A stretch of 18,776 nucleotides of DNA from Thermoproteus sp. (lineage in GTDB: Archaea > Thermoproteota > Thermoprotei > Thermoproteales > Thermoproteaceae): NCBI GenBank assembly GCA_049976425.1, contig JBMFIG010000027.1, forward strand, positions 1-18,776. Direction: 5' to 3'. The notes beneath the pieces are model-generated. The model saw only the letters and a program-made list of their open reading frames with translations, was not told the DNA's origin and searched no databases. Position numbers and translations under genes: made by a program. Of the stretch, positions 15,595-18,776 are shown piece after piece (within the stretch, counting starts at the first letter, position 1; each line of letters begins with the position of its first letter).

Positions 15595-16716
15595 TCACTG
15601 GGCCACCCCGACGGTGTTGCCGACCCCCACCAGCAGGACGGACTCGCCCGGTTGCACCTTCTCCTTTATGAAGTCGACGACGCGCTTGCTGACTATCTGG
15701 ACGGCGTCGTAGATCTCCTTGGTCATGGCGGTGAGGGCCTCGGCCTCCCTCATCTTTATCAAGAAGGCGTAGAGCGGCACCCCGTACTTAGTCGCCATGC
15801 TCTCTATGTTGAACTTCTCGGCGCCTATTCCGCCCATGGCCACGCCGACGCCCTCCGCCACCTCGCCGGTCTTCTCGCCCTCTAGCTTCAAGGCGGCGTC
15901 GACGGTGATGACGTACTTAGGCCTAGCCCCCAACTTCTCGAAGACGTACTCCACGCCCTCGTCGGGCCTCCCCACCGTGCTGCCGGGACCCTTGGCCTTG
16001 ACGACGTACAGCCTCCGCCCCTCTAGGTCGCACTCGACCACCGAAGTGTCCTTGATCCCGTCGTGGACCACCGGCTGAGAGCACATACGCATGACGTTGT
16101 ATGCGACGAGCGGGCCTGCGCTGTCGCCGACGGGGACGCCCTTCATGAAGGCGGTCACGGCGCCGTTGAGCGCGTCGGAGACCTCCTTGAGGAGGGGCAG
16201 AAGCATGGACAGCTGCATGGCGTAGACGTACAGCTTGTACTTCTTGGCGATTCTGTAGTAGTGGTCCACCACCTTGTATAGGTAGTTTATTTCCCTCAAG
16301 GCCTCAAGCGCCGTCGAGGCGTTCTTGACTGCGGTGGCGTTGTCCCCGATCAGCTTGGCCACCTCAGACTCTGAGGCCGTCTCGTAGGCGTTGAGTATGT
16401 TCTTGTATTTGGGGACTATGCCGAAGGGGTCGAGGCTGGTCGGAGGTATGACCGTGAAGTCCAGCATGCGCCTTATCACGTCGTCGACGTCCTTACGGCC
16501 TACTCCTTGTTTCTTGAGACGCTCTAGGTAGTTCCCTACGTCGTTCGACGCCGTCCTTATCATCTGGCCCAGATACGACAGAAATCCGCCTATCTGCCAG
16601 AGCGGCCTCTGTATGTAGTAGAACTCTTGGTATATGTAGATAGCCATGAACCACACTATAGTGGTTATGATCCAGTACCACAAGCTACTGCCTGTAGTCG
16701 CCGTTTGGAGTATCAT
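15595..16716 (-). CDS. DUF1512-family archaeal membrane-anchored protein
   Basis: N-terminal TM; PxxLDPxGIV, GVPVGDSAGPLVA, GPGSTVG, ITVDAALKLEGEKTGEVAEGVGVAMGG and C-terminal GVGNTVGVAQ. Confidence 0.82.
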   Translation of the reverse strand: MILQTATTGSSLWYWIITTIVWFMAIYIYQEFYYIQRPLWQIGGFLSYLGQMIRTASNDVGNYLERLKKQGVGRKDVDDVIRRMLDFTVIPPTSLDPFGIVPKYKNILNAYETASESEVAKLIGDNATAVKNASTALEALREINYLYKVVDHYYRIAKKYKLYVYAMQLSMLLPLLKEVSDALNGAVTAFMKGVPVGDSAGPLVAYNVMRMCSQPVVHDGIKDTSVVECDLEGRRLYVVKAKGPGSTVGRPDEGVEYVFEKLGARPKYVITVDAALKLEGEKTGEVAEGVGVAMGGIGAEKFNIESMATKYGVPLYAFLIKMREAEALTAMTKEIYDAVQIVSKRVVDFIKEKVQPGESVLLVGVGNTVGVAQ

Positions 16717-16792
16717 CGGCTTCCAGCTGTTATGTCAATAAAAAGATTTCAGCGATCGAAGACCCGCTCACTTGTCGCGGCGCACGCGCTCA

Positions 16793-18298
16793 TCACACGT
16801 CCACCGTCTCCTCCACCTCCTCTTTTTTATCGCTTCTCCCTACCGAAATCGCAAGCGCGGTGGACACGCCAGCGGCTAGCGACGCCGCCGCTATTTTCAC
16901 CAAGCTGTCGGCGGTCAGGACGGGGAGCCTCACCGTGGCGCCTAGCTGGACGGTGTACTCGACGCCGCGGTATCTAATAACTGCGTAGCTCGACAACGGT
17001 ATCACCACGGCGGTTCCCTGGGCCCCTCTGAAGGTCAGATTGCCCATTATCACCTCGAAGCTGTCTAGGGGACTCCCCAGGATATCGACGACGTGGACAA
17101 CCTCGGCCAGGTTCGTGTCGTTTATCGATATTACGGGTTGGGCCTTGACTACGTACCTCGCTATCGCCGTCCCGTTGAGATATACGGTGACGGTGACGTT
17201 GGAGCCGGCCCTCGCCAGCCGAGGCGAGACCTCGCCCGTCCCCCACCCGTAGACCACGACCTTGGGCTTCACCAGATCTGTATGGGCTACCAGATATCCG
17301 TCGACAAGCGCCGCCGGGTAGTAGAACGTGGCGTTGTGCCAAGCCACGGCCACGTAGTAGGGCACGCCGTATACCAGACACCTCCCGACAGGCGCCCCGT
17401 CGGCGGTGGTCGGGTAGACCGTGACGTTGTAGTCTGAGAGAGGCGTCCCGGCGAGGTCCGTGGCGTTTATCCCCAAGAGCAACGTCGTGTTCACGGCCTT
17501 AGGGAACTCCGGGCTCTGTAGGGTGTACGTCTCGCCGTCGTTCAACTGGACGATCACCGAGACTGGCCTCGCCAGCGGGTCGGAGACGTAGGCGGTCCCG
17601 CCGCACTGGCCCACCACCGGTATCTGGACCTGGCTCACGATAACCGTCGGCTTCCCCAAGACGTAGATCTGAGACGGCGCGAACCTAAGGCCCGAGATAG
17701 GCGCCGGGAAGCCCCCCGACAGGTTCACGCCCGGCTCCGGCACGTACACGTAGTAGTCCGGCGCCTTTGAGGAGAGCGATATCGGGGTTACGTTGACCAG
17801 CCCGTAGCCCGATATGGCTATCTGGGAGCCGTAGGCCAGATACTTGACCAGATATACCCCCATGGCGCTTCGGTCCTCCACCTTGTATATGAAGGACCCC
17901 GTGACGTTGGGCTTGTAGAGGGACTTGACCTCTACGAGGGCTCCGTCGGTTAGGTTGAGCTGGACAGTGCCTATGAGCGCGTACGTGCTAGTCGTGCCGT
18001 AGGAGACGGGTATGAGCGGCCCCACGGCCCTCCACCTGTCGACGACTATGGACAGAAACGACCCGCAGATGCGGCCCGTCACGTACGTCGGGGTGCTGTA
18101 GGGCGCGAGGAGGGCCCGCTGGATGTTCCCGTACTGGTCTATGACGTATACGGAGCTTATCCCGTAGCCGGACAGCGGATCCAGATAGGCCGTGACGTTG
18201 GCGCAGCCGCCCAGATACGTGCTGAACGTGTACGGGACGTAGGGCACCTGTATCAACGAAAGCGTTGAGTTCAGCAACAGGTAGAGCGCGACCAACAT
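16793..18298 (-). CDS. Putative cell-surface glycoprotein with C-terminal membrane anchor
   Basis: Hydrophobic N-terminus from ATG 18298; V/T/Y/G/P-rich beta-type body with 14 N-X-S/T sequons; C-terminal hydrophobic helix and charged tail. Confidence 0.75.
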   Translation of the reverse strand: MLVALYLLLNSTLSLIQVPYVPYTFSTYLGGCANVTAYLDPLSGYGISSVYVIDQYGNIQRALLAPYSTPTYVTGRICGSFLSIVVDRWRAVGPLIPVSYGTTSTYALIGTVQLNLTDGALVEVKSLYKPNVTGSFIYKVEDRSAMGVYLVKYLAYGSQIAISGYGLVNVTPISLSSKAPDYYVYVPEPGVNLSGGFPAPISGLRFAPSQIYVLGKPTVIVSQVQIPVVGQCGGTAYVSDPLARPVSVIVQLNDGETYTLQSPEFPKAVNTTLLLGINATDLAGTPLSDYNVTVYPTTADGAPVGRCLVYGVPYYVAVAWHNATFYYPAALVDGYLVAHTDLVKPKVVVYGWGTGEVSPRLARAGSNVTVTVYLNGTAIARYVVKAQPVISINDTNLAEVVHVVDILGSPLDSFEVIMGNLTFRGAQGTAVVIPLSSYAVIRYRGVEYTVQLGATVRLPVLTADSLVKIAAASLAAGVSTALAISVGRSDKKEEVEETVDV

Positions 18299-18360
18299 CG
18301 CACCTGCCGGGTCGCGGGAAAATAAGGGCAACATTTAAGTATGGCGGAACACAGGGCTTT

Positions 18361-18663
18361 GTGAAATTCGCCGTAGCTTCGGCCATCTTCTCGCTGGCGG
18401 CTCTGGCCTCGGCCCTAGCTGTCAAGGGCCTGGCGGCGCCTCTAGCCCTCCCAGTCTACGTCTCGCTCGCCGCGATAGACATAGCCCTCTTCGTATTAGG
18501 CTTACGGGACGCCGCTGCGGCGCTGGACATAGCGGCTGGCGAGTGGGAGGCGGCCGAGCTGAAGTCGGTTAGGGCTCTTTTGGTGGTCCTGTTCTTCATG
18601 TCTATAGTGGTCCTGGGCTACCTGATATTGGCTCATGTAGCGCCGTCGGTCTTTGCGGCGTAG
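18361..18663 (+). CDS. Small membrane protein (~3 TM), 100 aa
   Basis: GTG 18361 about 25 nt after TTTAAG (18334-39); three hydrophobic stretches. Confidence 0.7.
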   Translation: MKFAVASAIFSLAALASALAVKGLAAPLALPVYVSLAAIDIALFVLGLRDAAAALDIAAGEWEAAELKSVRALLVVLFFMSIVVLGYLILAHVAPSVFAA

Positions 18664-18693
18664 CTCATGTCCGCGTCAGCTTATCGCCTAGGC

Positions 18694-18776
18694 TCACAGA
18701 GGCACCTTGTTTCTCGCCGCCCAGCGCATCAGCTTAACCTCCTCCTCGTCGACGGGGAAGACAACCCCGGCGATAG
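18694..18776 (-). pseudogene. 3' end of a frame resembling the start of a FAD-linked oxidase (FAD_binding_4), ending early
   Basis: IAGVVFPVDEEEVKLMRWAARNKVPL-TGA resembles VVxPxxxEEVxxxxxxAxxxxxP; the expected RGxG continuation is missing. Confidence 0.4.

Noticed and set aside
1-18776. CRISPR array, IS element or integrase
   Set aside because: No regularly spaced repeats, transposase or recombinase motifs seen.

Overview
GC-rich archaeal window, most likely Thermoproteaceae (Thermoproteus/Pyrobaculum-like), judged from gene content and from TATA boxes about 25 nt upstream of many start codons (leaderless genes). From left to right it holds: a vapBC toxin-antitoxin pair; a hypothetical gene; an archaeal cytochrome bd CydAA' operon with a divergent wHTH regulator and a candidate palindromic operator; a metallophosphoesterase and a stand-alone CDC48/VAT-N-like gene (both frameshifted); a divergent sulfate-activation cluster (orf-sat-AprM/QmoC-like membrane gene <- -> aprB-aprA, with aprA broken by a frameshift and an in-frame TAG); an unannotated box C/D sRNA candidate; Clp1-family kinase -> TusA-like -><- Cys-less DsrE-like <- rtcB; a short CorA; DUF1512; a sequon-rich surface protein; and a small membrane protein. 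Five apparent frameshifts (four are single G/C losses) and one nonsense codon affect four genes, so either the assembly is poorly polished or the genes are really decaying. The most interesting items are the C/D sRNA, the Clp1-TusA-DsrE-RtcB cluster, the broken aprA, the AprM/QmoC-like anchor with an altered His site, and the cydAA' operator. Family calls come from motif recognition only; no searches were run.
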